NCBI RefSeq assembly: GCF_009834535.1 | Contig: NC_045707.1 | Coordinates: 58,096,001-58,160,000, forward strand | DNA length: 64,000 nt | Origin: Camelus ferus | Lineage: Eukaryota | Direction: 5' to 3' | Part shown: positions 27,682-39,330 of the stretch, one piece after another | Position numbering within the stretch: the first letter of the stretch is position 1 | Layout of the letters: each line of letters starts with the position of its first letter | Notes under the pieces: model-generated | The model's database searches: none | What the model was told of the DNA's origin: nothing | What the model saw: only the letters and a program-made list of their open reading frames with translations | Position numbers and translations under genes: made by a program

Positions 27682-28714
27682 TAAGCTAGTTCTATGTTTA
27701 CTTTTATCCAAATACTATTTTAGAGATGTGATATTTTATAGAGACTGTTATAGATAAATGAATGAATTCTTATATTACCTTAATTCATGAAAATTCTTCT
27801 TCCCAGGAACCACTCTTTCTCCATCCCCATCTCCTTTTTCCTTTGAGTACATGTAAAGCATTGTCAAATAATTCAAGATTAATATTTAGCAGTCTAGTCT
27901 ATCTCTATGTAATCATGAATTGTTGGGAAAAATTAACAATAATTCTGAATTAGATTACTAAAGAGAGAATATGATACCTAATTCTCCAATTATTCAATAT
28001 ATTTATGCTTGCTTAGTTTTTATTAAGATTGTTTTCTAAAAATATATTTTTTAGAAAAATATAGTGAGAAATAGTTACTGTATTCTTAACTGTGTTTAAT
28101 AGATGGTTATTTTTCGAGAAAATCTGATTCTTCAGACATTTAACAAGGAAGTATAGATATCCTGACAATTCATTAAATTATTTTATTTTTCTTGTTATTA
28201 TGCATCCAACACCATAAACACTTTTATTGTCTATTTGCTCAAATCAAAGCTTATAAACTAATAAGTATTGAATATGGTAGCCCTACTCTGTGCATCTCTC
28301 TTAGTAAGTCTTCATAGTTTTATTTCTTTGTACATGTCACCATCCCCATCCCCATCCCGACCCCCATGTGTATTAAAGATACAACACACCAATTTAAAGC
28401 AGAGGTAATGTTTGGTGAGATGAAAAGTGCCCTGGGAATCAACAGGTCTGAGTCACTTGGGTTTTATTACTGACTGTAACACCAACTGCACTACGTCATT
28501 TGGTAATTTGTTTCCTCTTTCTGGGCTTTGATTTCTTTATGTGTAAAATAAAGTCTTTTTGCTATTGCAAAACAATAGTAGTTGTTCGTAATTTTTAATC
28601 ATGGTTCTCAAGTTCTTTAATCCTTTCTGTTCTCTTCATGCTCAACAAAGGACTTGGATCTCTTCTTCATAGAAAAAAGTAGCTAATGTGCATTTATCTT
28701 CAGCTGTCCGTAAA

Positions 28715-28945
28715 TGTTTGGCACTTAGGCTCTGGAGTCAACTAATGTAGATTATGAAGGCTCCCTCAACCACTCCCAAGGGGTATGACCTTGGGCAAGT
28801 TGCTTAACTTTTACAATCTTCCGTTTTCTCTTCTATAGAATGGGAATAATACTTCCTAGATTTATTGTGAGGGTTAACTGAGGTAACCCACCAAGCATAG
28901 TAACTGGCACATAGGAAATACTCAGTATATATTAACTTTTGACCA
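28715..28945 (+). mobile_element. MIR SINE
   Basis: ggctctggagtca..tgaccttgggcaagttgcttaac..ttgtgagggttaactgag. Confidence 0.8.
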
Positions 28946-29106
28946 TTACTTTGTTGATCTTTTCTGGGAAAATGAAAACCTAACTTCTTTCTTCAGATTT
29001 AGTTTAGTCCTTCCGTTTGCTATTTTTAATTCATGCTTCTGAGTTTGAAAAGACAGTTATAACTGTCCTGAATAATTTCCTCTTATAGACTTGATTCATA
29101 ACCCAT

Positions 29107-29640
29107 TGTATCAGTTGAGATGATTTTAACTTCTAGTAACAGTATCAAACTTAAAATGACCCAAAGAGTTAGAGCACTTGTGTACAATAATACATAGTTC
29201 ATAGGAAGGACATTGAGGTTTATTAAGCTGCTCGGTGATGTCATCAAGGGCTTGGGGGTCTTTCAGTTTGTTTTTTCTTTTTCTACCTTTCCCAAAATAC
29301 TGGACTTTATTCTTAGCCTTGTCCCCTGCCAGTCACAAGAGGGTTGCCACAACTTCCTAATTGTGTTTTTACATATGCACATCCAAGAGTAAAATAAAGT
29401 GAGTGGGGAGTGGGAAATATCTTCTCCACATTCTGTGTATGTCACAGCGGGGAACCTTTCCTAGGGAGCCCTCTGACTGGACTGCAGCAGGTGTCCCCTT
29501 CAGGGACTTAACTTTGGCCTGGGCTTGGTCATTGGCCCATGTCCATGCTGAGAGTAACAAGTATCTGGCATGCCATATTCAGTTTTTTTTTTTTAATGCC
29601 AAGAAATAAGTGTAGGGAGGGGTAGGCAGTCTGCTGCAGG
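29107..29640 (-). mobile_element. MLT1J/I-like solo LTR
   Basis: tgtatcagtt..agtaacag; gctcggtgatgtcatcaaggg. Confidence 0.6.
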
Positions 29641-29826
29641 TGTTAACATTTTCAATAAAGTAATTACAACTTTTCTTTACTTTTGGAAGGTTGGATATGG
29701 AATATGTGTTTCATAAGACTTGTACAAACAAAAGTGACCTGTTTTGACCAAGGCTGACTAGAGTTTTGCTGATCTCACTACCTTTGTATAGACAGTTAAA
29801 TTTATGGCTGTGGTGTAACTGAAGTA

Positions 29827-30076
29827 CAGTTGACCCTTGAACAATACAGATTTGAACTGCGTGGTCCACTTACACATGGAGTTTTTCAGTAGTAAACACT
29901 GCAGTGTACATGATCTGCAGTTGGTTGCATCCATGGATAGTGGAATCCAGAATACCAAGGAACCATGGATACAGAGGTCCCGTGTATGTGGAGGGCTGGC
30001 TCTAAGTTATGTGTGGATTTTCACCTACGGGGAAAGTCAGCACCCCTCACCTTGACTGTTGTTCAAGGGTCAGCTG
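29827..30076 (+). mobile_element. Tigger2-derived MITE (MER8/Tigger2a-like), 250 bp
   Basis: TA|cagttgacccttgaacaa ... ttgttcaagggtcagctg|TA; 18-bp TIRs with one mismatch. Confidence 0.9.
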
Positions 30077-31424
30077 TATTTAAATTAATAGTTTTTTTAA
30101 ACAAAATGAAATTTAGAATATGATAACTTTTCCTTTTTTGCTCTTTCTGCCTTCTAAGATTCTTTTTAAAATAATGACATTGTTTTCATAGAAGATATTT
30201 CAGCTGTAGTATATACTGGGCTATTTGTTAAGGTGATGATAATCGCAAACTCTTCTAAATCCATGATTATTTTTATCAGCTTATCTCTTTCAGCAATTGA
30301 TTTCACTAATGAGTGAGAGAAGTTAATGAAATATGAAACCCTTGTTTTCCTGGGTCTAGAAAAATATAGCATGGTGGCCTACAAAGTAGAGTGAAGCTGT
30401 CTCCCAGATCAGAAAGTTCATAGGGTAAAAGAAGGCCCTGTTAATAATGATATAGAGACGACAGTTGTAAGTCATCAAAGACCTAGAGAAGTTGGATCAC
30501 TTTGCTAAATGATGTATTTGGAGTTAAATTTGTTGCAGATCCTGCTGTTCACTAGCTCTGTGTCCTTGGCTAAGCTACTTAGCCTCCATGCTTCATATTA
30601 TTTATAAAATAGGAATGATCTGGCTTCTTCCTAACTCAAATTTCTCATATTGCTTTCCACATTTTCACTCTGTCAATACTGGACTCCTTTTAGTTCACCA
30701 GCATTCCCTGCTGGTTTGTGTCAGTGTGTCTTTGCTTATAGTGCTTCATTTGCCTCATGTCTGTACTTGGCCAGCTCTTACCAGACAGCAGCAGATACAA
30801 GCTGCAGTTTGTATTAGGATTACTTCTTCCAGAAGCCTTTCTAATGTTTCTGGATGATTCACCATCATTTGTAACATATCAGTTGTTTACATGTGTCTTT
30901 ACCAACTGTATTTTGCACAGAATAGTACTAATTCAGACCTATTAAAATGAGAGGTGAAACTAACAGTGAAGCACAGATAGTTTACTCTGAGGATTTCAGG
31001 ATGATGAGGATACAGTGAGTTCTAAATTTCTGACTTTCATTGGAGACAGTAGAACAAAGAATGTGAGGTTGCCGTTTAGTGTTTATACATTTAACAGTTT
31101 CTCCTCTGGTCTGTAGCCTAGTAAAAGCCAACTGAATGAATGGTAGCTCTTCATACTCTGGCTCAATTATCTCAGCTTTTCATTAAAATAATTACTTTTA
31201 ACATCTCCCTGCTTGAATAAGGTAGAAAACTTAGGGAAAACTAAAATAGAGATTGTTTAATAATGTTCCTTCTCCAGAGTGGATTAGACAAAGAATAAAT
31301 GAAGTGAGTTTAGGGAGTATAATGTTACTGCACAGCCTATGCATTGTTTTACTAAATACTGATGCTTTAGATACTGAAATGTATTCATTAACATCATTCT
31401 GTTCCTTTGGTGTATTGAATTGGC

Positions 31425-31819
31425 TGTATTAAGCACTGCATTGTGTCCCTACAAAATTCGTAAGTTGAAGGCCTAACCCTTAGAACCTTGGAATGTGACT
31501 GTATAGATGGAACCTTTAAAGAGATGATTAAGCTAAAATAAGGCCCTTCTGGTGGGCCCTGATCCAGTCTTAAAAATAGGAAATTTGGACACAAAAAGAA
31601 ACACCAAAGGGCTTGTACACAAAGAGAAACGACAATGTGAGAACACTGCTAGAGGATGGCCATCTGTAAGCCAAGGACAGAGTCCTCAGAAGAAACCAAA
31701 CCTGCCAACACCTTGATCTCTGCCTTCCAGCCTCTAGAACTATGAGAAAATAAATTTATATTGTTTAAGCCCACTTTGTCTATGGTGTTTTGTTATGGTA
31801 ATACTAGCAAACTGATACA
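31425..31819 (+). mobile_element. MLT1B-like solo LTR
   Basis: aaacctgccaacaccttgatctc..ttccagcctctagaactatgagaaaataaat..ctagcaaactgataca. Confidence 0.88.
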
Positions 31820-32279
31820 GGCAGTATAAAATTCTCACTGTCAAAATCAAAGTGTTCTTCCTTAAAAGTCATAGTTTGATGTCATTGGGCTGTGGATTAG
31901 AAGTAAAACTGAATAATATGACTTTTAGACATACTGGAATAATTATGGAGCCCAAGAAATTATATATTCAAATTTATTGTTTCAATCTATAACAGTTGAT
32001 TAATTATAGCTCTCTAATCATAAACTAAAGCTAAATTACACATTTAAATTATTATGTGCAAAGCGTTGAAAACTAAGTCCTCTGACTGAAGTAATAATTA
32101 GATGGAAACATAGGAGTTTTATAATGGCAGCATTTAAATTTCGTCATAATTTCTCATTTCATTCTTTTGTAAAGGAAACATTCTCATATCTACTCTTTGA
32201 TTACCCCTAGTTTTTCCTACAAGTTTTGTAGGAAAAACAGGATATATTCTTTATTCTTTACTTTTACATACTGATTGTT

Positions 32280-33330
32280 AAAATAATGAGTTGATTTACT
32301 AGTTACCTTCAAAAAGGACTAATTGGGTTTTTTGAGATCTAAGGAACTTTAGGAACACATGCATTTCAACACACATGATGTATTTCAGTCCATTATGGTT
32401 ATTATCCTTATTAATTAGCAAATTGTACCAGCTTGAGGTCAGCAAGAATCTCTTCATTGTTGGCTTTTTGTGACCTTGGGACATGATCAAATAAAGTGAT
32501 CTTTAAAAACTTCCTTGCTCTTTAGTATTATAAAATGTTTCAGACTCATCTTCTGTATCTCCTGCCCTAGGTCTGGAATTGCCATTGCTCTGAGGAGCCC
32601 TGTTCCTTGTAATAGTTGTTTGAAGTGCTCTTTGCTGCTAAGTTGATCATTCTTTCAAATTCAGATTCAGCACTACATGTTTTCTTTAACCTCTTCTATC
32701 TTGTATCAATATTTCCTTTCTCCCTTATTTCATTGCCAGGAACTATAGGATTAAAATAACATGTAATTACTAGTTTGCTTCATCATATATTACACTCCTT
32801 ATGACACCACCACCAACAGTAATGATTACTGAAAGCAATTTAAAGTTTTGGGGGTTCTTTACTTGTTTTTGTTTTTTGGCAGGGATGAAGGGGGACATTT
32901 CTTTTTGTCCTTATGGTATCCCACTTGGAATATACCATCGCATTACTGTCTGTGTTGAAGGCACTTGAAATAGTTCTTCTCTGTATGATTATGCCACTAA
33001 CTAGATATACCATTAAGTTGATTATTTAATTTTATTTCTTTTTTAGAGTTTGCTTTTTGTTTAATTTTGTTTTATAGTTTACATAAAATACTAGCTTCTA
33101 TCGGCAGTCCCTGCTCTACCACCCTATTTCCTATAGGCACTATTTTTAAATTTTATATTTTATTCTAGTTTGTGTTTTAATGTAAGTATTATTCCCCTTC
33201 TGTAGATAAAAAAAAAATAATATCCTACACATGTTTTTCCAGTTTTCTTCTTTCACTTCAGTCTGTCGTTGAGATCACTATATAGTGGAATATAGAGATA
33301 CTTCTCGTTGTTCTCTTTAGGTTTGGTATT
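32280..33330 (-). mobile_element. L1MC4/5-like 3' UTR fragment
   Basis: tttcagactcatctt..cctgccctaggtctggaattgccatt..gaggagccctg. Confidence 0.6.
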
Positions 33331-33984
33331 TCATACTGAACTGTGCGTACATCATCGTACGTCATTTATGCAGCTTGTCCCTCTTGATTGATCAATGAAT
33401 GTTATTTATTTGAATGACTATAATTTTAGCCTTGGCATTGTCTTTTTTATTCTTGGCAAATCATAGGAATTTTTGTTTATATGGAAAATTTTTGTGTGAA
33501 TAATGAAACAGCTGATTTATTTTATTAACATTTTGGTTATTGATGTGATTATAATCTTTTTTCGTGTTTTAATTTCAACACTACATTTATTTTTTAAGCT
33601 TCTACCATGGATAGTTAAGGAACGCTTTTATCTTGAGCAGTTTTAGTGTTTGCATTAAAATCTTTCATTAATAGAGAAAATTAACCCTGTATTATGTAAT
33701 TTCATAATACACAGAATGGAATATTGATTAATTAGGACATTTAATATGTTTTTCTTTGGAATATATTTGGAGTAGTTTGAAGATGTTACTGTTGAAGATT
33801 TCATATCATTATAAAATACTGACAGTGGCATTTTCATGGTCTTATTTACAGCATGGGAAAAGTTTCATTAGCTTTGTCATTTGATCGTTAAAGAATCAGC
33901 TATTTAGGGTTATGATAACTGTTAAATATTTGTGGTGGCTTATTTATGGCATGGCTTTTCTTTTTTGTTATAACCTTTATTCCA

Positions 33985-34450
33985 TAAACATCCAGCAGAA
34001 TCCTCAAAATTTCTTTTGGCTTACCCTTCAAAATATATCCAGTACCTAACTATTTCATCGCCTCTTTCATTTCTCCCTGATCCTAGACACTGTTGTTTTT
34101 CACTGAAATTATTGCAGTTGGAATCATTCTAACCATAACCATCCTCTTCCCCCTATCTATTTTCTGCACAGCAGCCAGAATGATCCTTTTAAAATATTGC
34201 AAGTGGGATAACATCACATTTTTATTCATAGCCCTTCAACCCCCAGTGGATTCGTAAACATTTAGAAACCAAAGTTCTGGTGGCCTGCAAGTCTATGGTT
34301 TGACCCTCTCTTACCTCTCTGATGTCATTTTCTCCACTCTTCTCCAGGCTCTCTCTTTTTTAGCCACACTGGTCCCATTGCTGAGCCTTTTATATAAACT
34401 AGGCATCTTGCTTCATGGTCTGCACCTGCTGATTCCTCTGTTTGGAATTC
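33985..34450 (+). mobile_element. L2 fragment
   Basis: cccttcaaaatatatccag; cacagcagccagaatgatccttttaaaa; tagccacactgg. Confidence 0.75.
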
Positions 34451-34546
34451 AATAATGTTGTTATTTTTGGTAAAAGAATCAGAAATCCTTGCCAATTTAA
34501 GAGCTATATAAACTACACCACCACTGCCTATGAGAAATGTTATAAT

Positions 34547-34570
34547 ATTCCTGAGCTCGAGCTCAGGAAT
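34547..34570. repeat. Perfect 24-bp palindrome
   Basis: attcctgagctc|gagctcaggaat. Confidence 0.97.
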
Positions 34571-34795
34571 CAGACAATTCTACTTTAATCATAAGTCTGC
34601 CAACTAATTGCTATTAACTTTAGACAAATTACCAACTTCTCTGAACCTCTATTTCCTCATCTATAAATGGAAATATTAATACTTGTCCATCCTTCATAAG
34701 ATTATTGTGAAGATTAGATAATGTTTATAAGACACTTGGCACAATATGTGGCATGTATTTAGAATTCAGTAAAGCTAGTTAAGTCAGTTATTATT
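34559..34795 (+). mobile_element. MIR SINE
   Basis: cttctctgaacctctatttcctcatctataaatgg..attgtgaagattagataatg. Confidence 0.8.
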
Positions 34796-35617
34796 ATTCA
34801 TAATACTATTTTTGGTTACTACTTATAGTGAAAAATAGCTAAACTCTTGGTTCTCCTGGATTCTCTAATGAAGGAAACTATCTTGTCATTTGGTCTTAGG
34901 GCAGACCTAACCAGATGAGAGGAGCAGGGGAGAGTGAAGTAGTCATTTGCATATATAGTTTGATATGTGGGTATTTGAGCCCCAAGAAGAGTTGGCAAAT
35001 CCATGCATTTCAGTTTTATTTACATATTTCTTATTAAGAATGATACATGGTTAGTGTAAAACAGACCATGTGTTTTGACTGGAAGTCTCACAAGGTGAAA
35101 CTAAATCAAGGATCCTATGAAAGTAATACAAATTTTATTTGAGAGATACTTAATATCTTGCTATAATAATAATGAGATGTATTTGCCCCAAACAAATATT
35201 CTCATGTACATTTTTAGTCATTTTTTTTTAACAACTCTGTGGGAGTGTTAAGTGTTATTTCTGATTCACAGCCAGAACTAGACCCTTGTTCTCTGGTCTC
35301 AAATTCTGATGGTCTTTCTATTATATTACAGCTGTGCCCTATAGTAGTAGTAGGCATTGTGAGATACAAAAATGGCCGCAACAGCTCCTAATCTTCAAGC
35401 TTATAGATACATGTGAAGTCAGTTAACTAATACTAGATAGAATAAATGGACCAAGAGATGTACAAGGAACATCTGAGGAAGAAGTGATTCTGTTTAGCCA
35501 GTCAGAGAAAGATTCTAGAGGAGGTGACATTAACTATTATGTTAAACAGTGAACAAGCTTTTTGCCCCTGGGAGCTGTCTGAGAAAAGTCATGTTATTCA
35601 TGAATGAGAAATAATAC

Positions 35618-36306
35618 ATTGTGAAGCTCTTTTAACTGGACTCTACTCTGTTAACTAACATTTGCCATTTCTTTGTTAAAACTTACTGACTGGTTCCCAT
35701 AAAGTTGTTAAAACTGAACATTGCAGCAAATAGGCTACTTCTAAGCTAACTCACTTCTGTTTCCACCAGTTGAATTGCACACCTACAAAAGTTAGTTGTG
35801 CGTGTTTTAGGCTGTTAATGCGTGTTCCACTTGTCGATAATTATTTAATGATAGCCCAAAACTGATGGAAATGTGTACAAGAAAGAAAAATGTTGCTATA
35901 ACTTAGTTAAATATTTTGGAAAAACTCAATAAAGACAAGGCCCTAAAAATATAACTGCTGTTTAATTAGATTTGGGTGCAACAACTGAAAGACTGAAAGA
36001 AAAAAAATCTAGAAGAATTATATACTCAGATTGCTTTTCTGTTGACTTCGAGTGTTTGCTGCACTTTAAGACACGTTAGAATCCTAGACAATGCATTATG
36101 AGTATCATTTATGCAAGAAGGGTAGCATGGATATAAGTCTTTGAAGAGATTCTCCAGTGTCTTTTATGTTGAAATAAATGTCTTATTTATTAGCATTTAT
36201 TTACTTTCATATACATATTATGTTTTATAATTCCCTATTTTAATCAGCTTTTCTGGTTAACCAAGTAAGTACTGGTACTGATTGCATTGGATAAAAGGGC
36301 TTCTTT
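35618..36306 (+). mobile_element. Tigger15a-like relic with a decayed N-terminal HTH coding segment
   Basis: ttggaaaaactcaataaag..aatctagaagaattatatactcagattgc..gacaatgcattatg..tttatgcaagaa; end ggataaaagggcttct. Confidence 0.75.
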
Positions 36307-36644
36307 GGAGCCATATTTTTTTGAGGAGAGTCTCATTAGTGGTATATGGAGAAAGTAGCTGATAAAACTGGGAGAGGGAACTGGGGCTACAGCCTAGAGG
36401 AATTGTATGCTTTGCTAACTTTGACATTTAGTGGTGATGCATTTTTAGGGACATGGTGATCCTTACTCTGTACTTTTAAGAAGACAAGTCTTGACAGATT
36501 AGGGAGTTTGGAGAAGAGAGGTAGGGCAGTGGCAGTGAGATTGAAAGTAGGCAGGTCTGAAAGAAATTTGGAAAATGAAATTGATAAGACTTGTGATTCA
36601 CTGAATCTAGGTAGTATGGTAGGGGGAAATACCAGAATTGGTGA

Positions 36645-37177
36645 TAATGCTGATAATAGCTAACATTTATTGAGTGCTTACTGTGTGCTAGTCACCAGTC
36701 TAAGTTCTTTAACTATACATAATTTCAGTCATCCTACCAGTTACATGAAAATATGTTGCTGTTACCTACCACCCCACATGCCCGTTTGCACAACTCCAAA
36801 CCCTCAAAACTCTGAAAAATGACAAAATAAAATGTAGGTTTGGTGTAGGCTCATATGACAGCAAACCATGACTTGAATTGATATGAGCTATTGATAGTCT
36901 TTTGTAAATTTATTTTTTCCAAAGATATTAATGTGTTTGGTTATGGAGTACTGCCTCAGACCCCATAGTCTACAACATTATCTTCTAAAATAAGAAAATT
37001 TTTGAAATTTGAGTTTGGATGAATGATAGTTGTTCTGTATTACAATTTTTATTTTATAGATAAGGAAACTGAGTCAGAGAGAGAAATCACACACAGTAAG
37101 TGGCAGAGCTAGGATTTGAACCTAGACAGTCTTGACTCTTCAAATCTGCACTTAGGACACCACACCATTCTGCCTCC
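36645..37177 (-). mobile_element. MIR SINE split by a MER46C-like element
   Basis: aatagctaacatttattgagtgcttactgtgtgc ... gataaggaaactgag..gtaagtggcagagctaggatttgaacc. Confidence 0.85.
36765..37037 (-). mobile_element. MER46C-like Tigger MITE
   Basis: gatattaatgtgtttggttatggagtactgcctcagacccc; TA at both flanks. Confidence 0.7.
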
Positions 37178-37364
37178 ATTTCTAGCCTTTGTAATTGGGG
37201 AAATGATGCCATTAAACTTACTAAGGGATCTAAAGAGCCAGACTGAGGGAAGCAGAGGAGAGAGTAGTGGAATGTGGATGTAAATAGGCCTAGTTTGAGA
37301 TGGATGCCCATTGAAAAGGTGCAGTAGGAAGCCAGGGGTATTTTGTGTATGTTTATAATGTATA

Positions 37365-37850
37365 TACTAGATTTCATCAAATCTGAAAAGCCATTGTTGT
37401 AACACAGTATCATTATTTTATGTACCAATTTAAAAAGTTAGAAAAAATCAAATTATGATACAGTGTGTGGTTTTTTGTTTTTAATCACCTTGGGGTTCTA
37501 CCGCCCCACACACACAATGTCACTCTCTATGCAGCTGTAGTGTCTTGAATGCAACATGACTTAAGAATGTTCTATTATTGCCTTTGGGATTTTCTTCTAA
37601 GCTGCTATTATAGAATTCTGCAAGTTTTGATGTTGCTTTCTTTATCATTCATTAACTTCTGAAAACACATATATGTTTATTAAAATCAATTGCATGCGCT
37701 ACTGTCTTACTACAACTCCCAGTTCCCAGAGGCAAAAATCCTACTCGTGTAATAATTCTAAGATGTACATTTTCCCCACATTTTAATATTGCCGAAATCT
37801 TCTAGTCAGTTAATCTTACAATCATTGATGTCTTAATGGATTTTGGCCAG
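37365..37850. mobile_element. TcMar-Tc2 (Kanga/MER104-like) relic
   Basis: atttcatcaaatctgaaaagccattg..cattattttatgtacca; attctaagatgtacattttccccacattttaa..tcttacaatc. Confidence 0.55.
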
Positions 37851-37879
37851 GACGTGATTGTCATTATCTGTCCTCATGT

Positions 37880-38625
37880 AACCCCGGTAAGATCAAGAAT
37901 GAAAAAGACAATCAATGGAGGCCGACATTGAGGTAACAAATATTAATATTAATATTATCTGACAAAGATTTTAGAGCAGTTACAAAAATGCTGCAGTAAG
38001 CAGTTACAGTAGTGGTAACTGAAACAAATGAAAAAAAGTCTCAACTAAAAAAAAAAAGTCTGCAAAGAAATAGGAGATATAAAGAAGAACCAAATAGAAA
38101 TTTTAGAACTGAAAAATCCAGTAACCAAAATAAATAACAGATAGGCTCAACAGCAGAATGGAGGGGATAGAAGAAAGAATTAGTGAACTGAAAAATAGAG
38201 CAATATAGATTACCAAATCTGAGCAAGAGAGAGAAAATAGACTAAAATAAAATGAACAGAGCCTCAGGAGCCTGTGGGACTATACCATAAAGCTAATATT
38301 TATGCCATTGGAGTCCCAGAAGAAGAGGAGAGGGCATGGCTTGAAAAGTATTTAACAAAATAATAAATGGTAGCTTAAGATTTACTTAAAGTTGGCAAAA
38401 GATAAAGACCTACAGGTTCAAGAAGTTTAGCAAATTCCAAACAGGATAAACCAAAGCAGTTCCGAAAACTTAAGACAAAATTACAAATCTTGAAGCAATG
38501 AGAAAGAAACTGTAACATTGAGGTGGGGGGTGGGAGAGATTGAATTAAAGCAGATTTCTCATTAGAAACCATGGAGGCCAGAAGGAAGAGGCACAGCATT
38601 TGTCAAGTGCTTAAGGAAAGAACTT
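37880..38625 (+). mobile_element. L1M ORF1-region fragment
   Basis: aagaaccaaatagaaattttagaactgaaaaat; atgaacagagcctcaggagcctgtgggac; cagatttctcattagaaaccatggaggccagaagg. Confidence 0.85.
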
Positions 38626-38981
38626 ATTTTTATGAAAACTTTCCAAGGTCCCAGGTCAGAACTGTTGTTTGGATTCTTACTGTTCCAGCTATTTTCAACA
38701 ATTTTTTTTTTATTGTACCATAGAACTTCAAAAATGAAATAGCAAAGTGCATTCCCACTGAAAATGCATTAGACTATTTACACTTATTTTATGATTTTTG
38801 TTCAGAGGCTTCCAAAAGAAAATAGCATTTATTTTTGAAGTGAATAGTATGATATTCTACTTACTCATCTTTGAAAAGTTCAGGTAGCTTAGTTTTTATA
38901 ATTTGTCTCATTGGATGGCTTTGAATAATTCATCTGGATTTTCAGGAAACAACCATTTCAGTAGTATTCTGACTTAGTGAT

Positions 38982-39330
38982 TTTTTATTTTTATTGTATT
39001 TAATATTAAACAGAATATTAAGTTTACCATCTTAACCACTTTTAAGTGTACAGTTTAATAGGGTTAAGAATATTCATATTGTTTTGCAGCAGATGTCTAG
39101 AATTTTTCATCTTGCACTAGAACAATACCTAGTAAACGTTAGTTTCCCTTTCCCGTTTTCCCCAGCCCTCGGTAACCACATTTCTATTTTCTATTTTTAT
39201 GATTTCGACAACTTTAGATGCTTTACATGAGAGGAATTATACAGCATTTGGCCTTTTGTGACTGACTTATTTTGCTTACCGTAATGGCTTTGAGGTTAAT
39301 CGATGTGACACAACTTTTTTTAAGGCTTCA
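38982..39330 (-). mobile_element. L1MA10/L1MB-type 3' end
   Basis: tttaccatcttaaccacttttaagtgtacag; ccccagccctcggtaaccac. Confidence 0.85.

Noticed and set aside
28032..28058. AT-rich hairpin ttttctaaaaa-tatat-tttttagaaaa
   Set aside because: Low complexity; expected by chance in this composition
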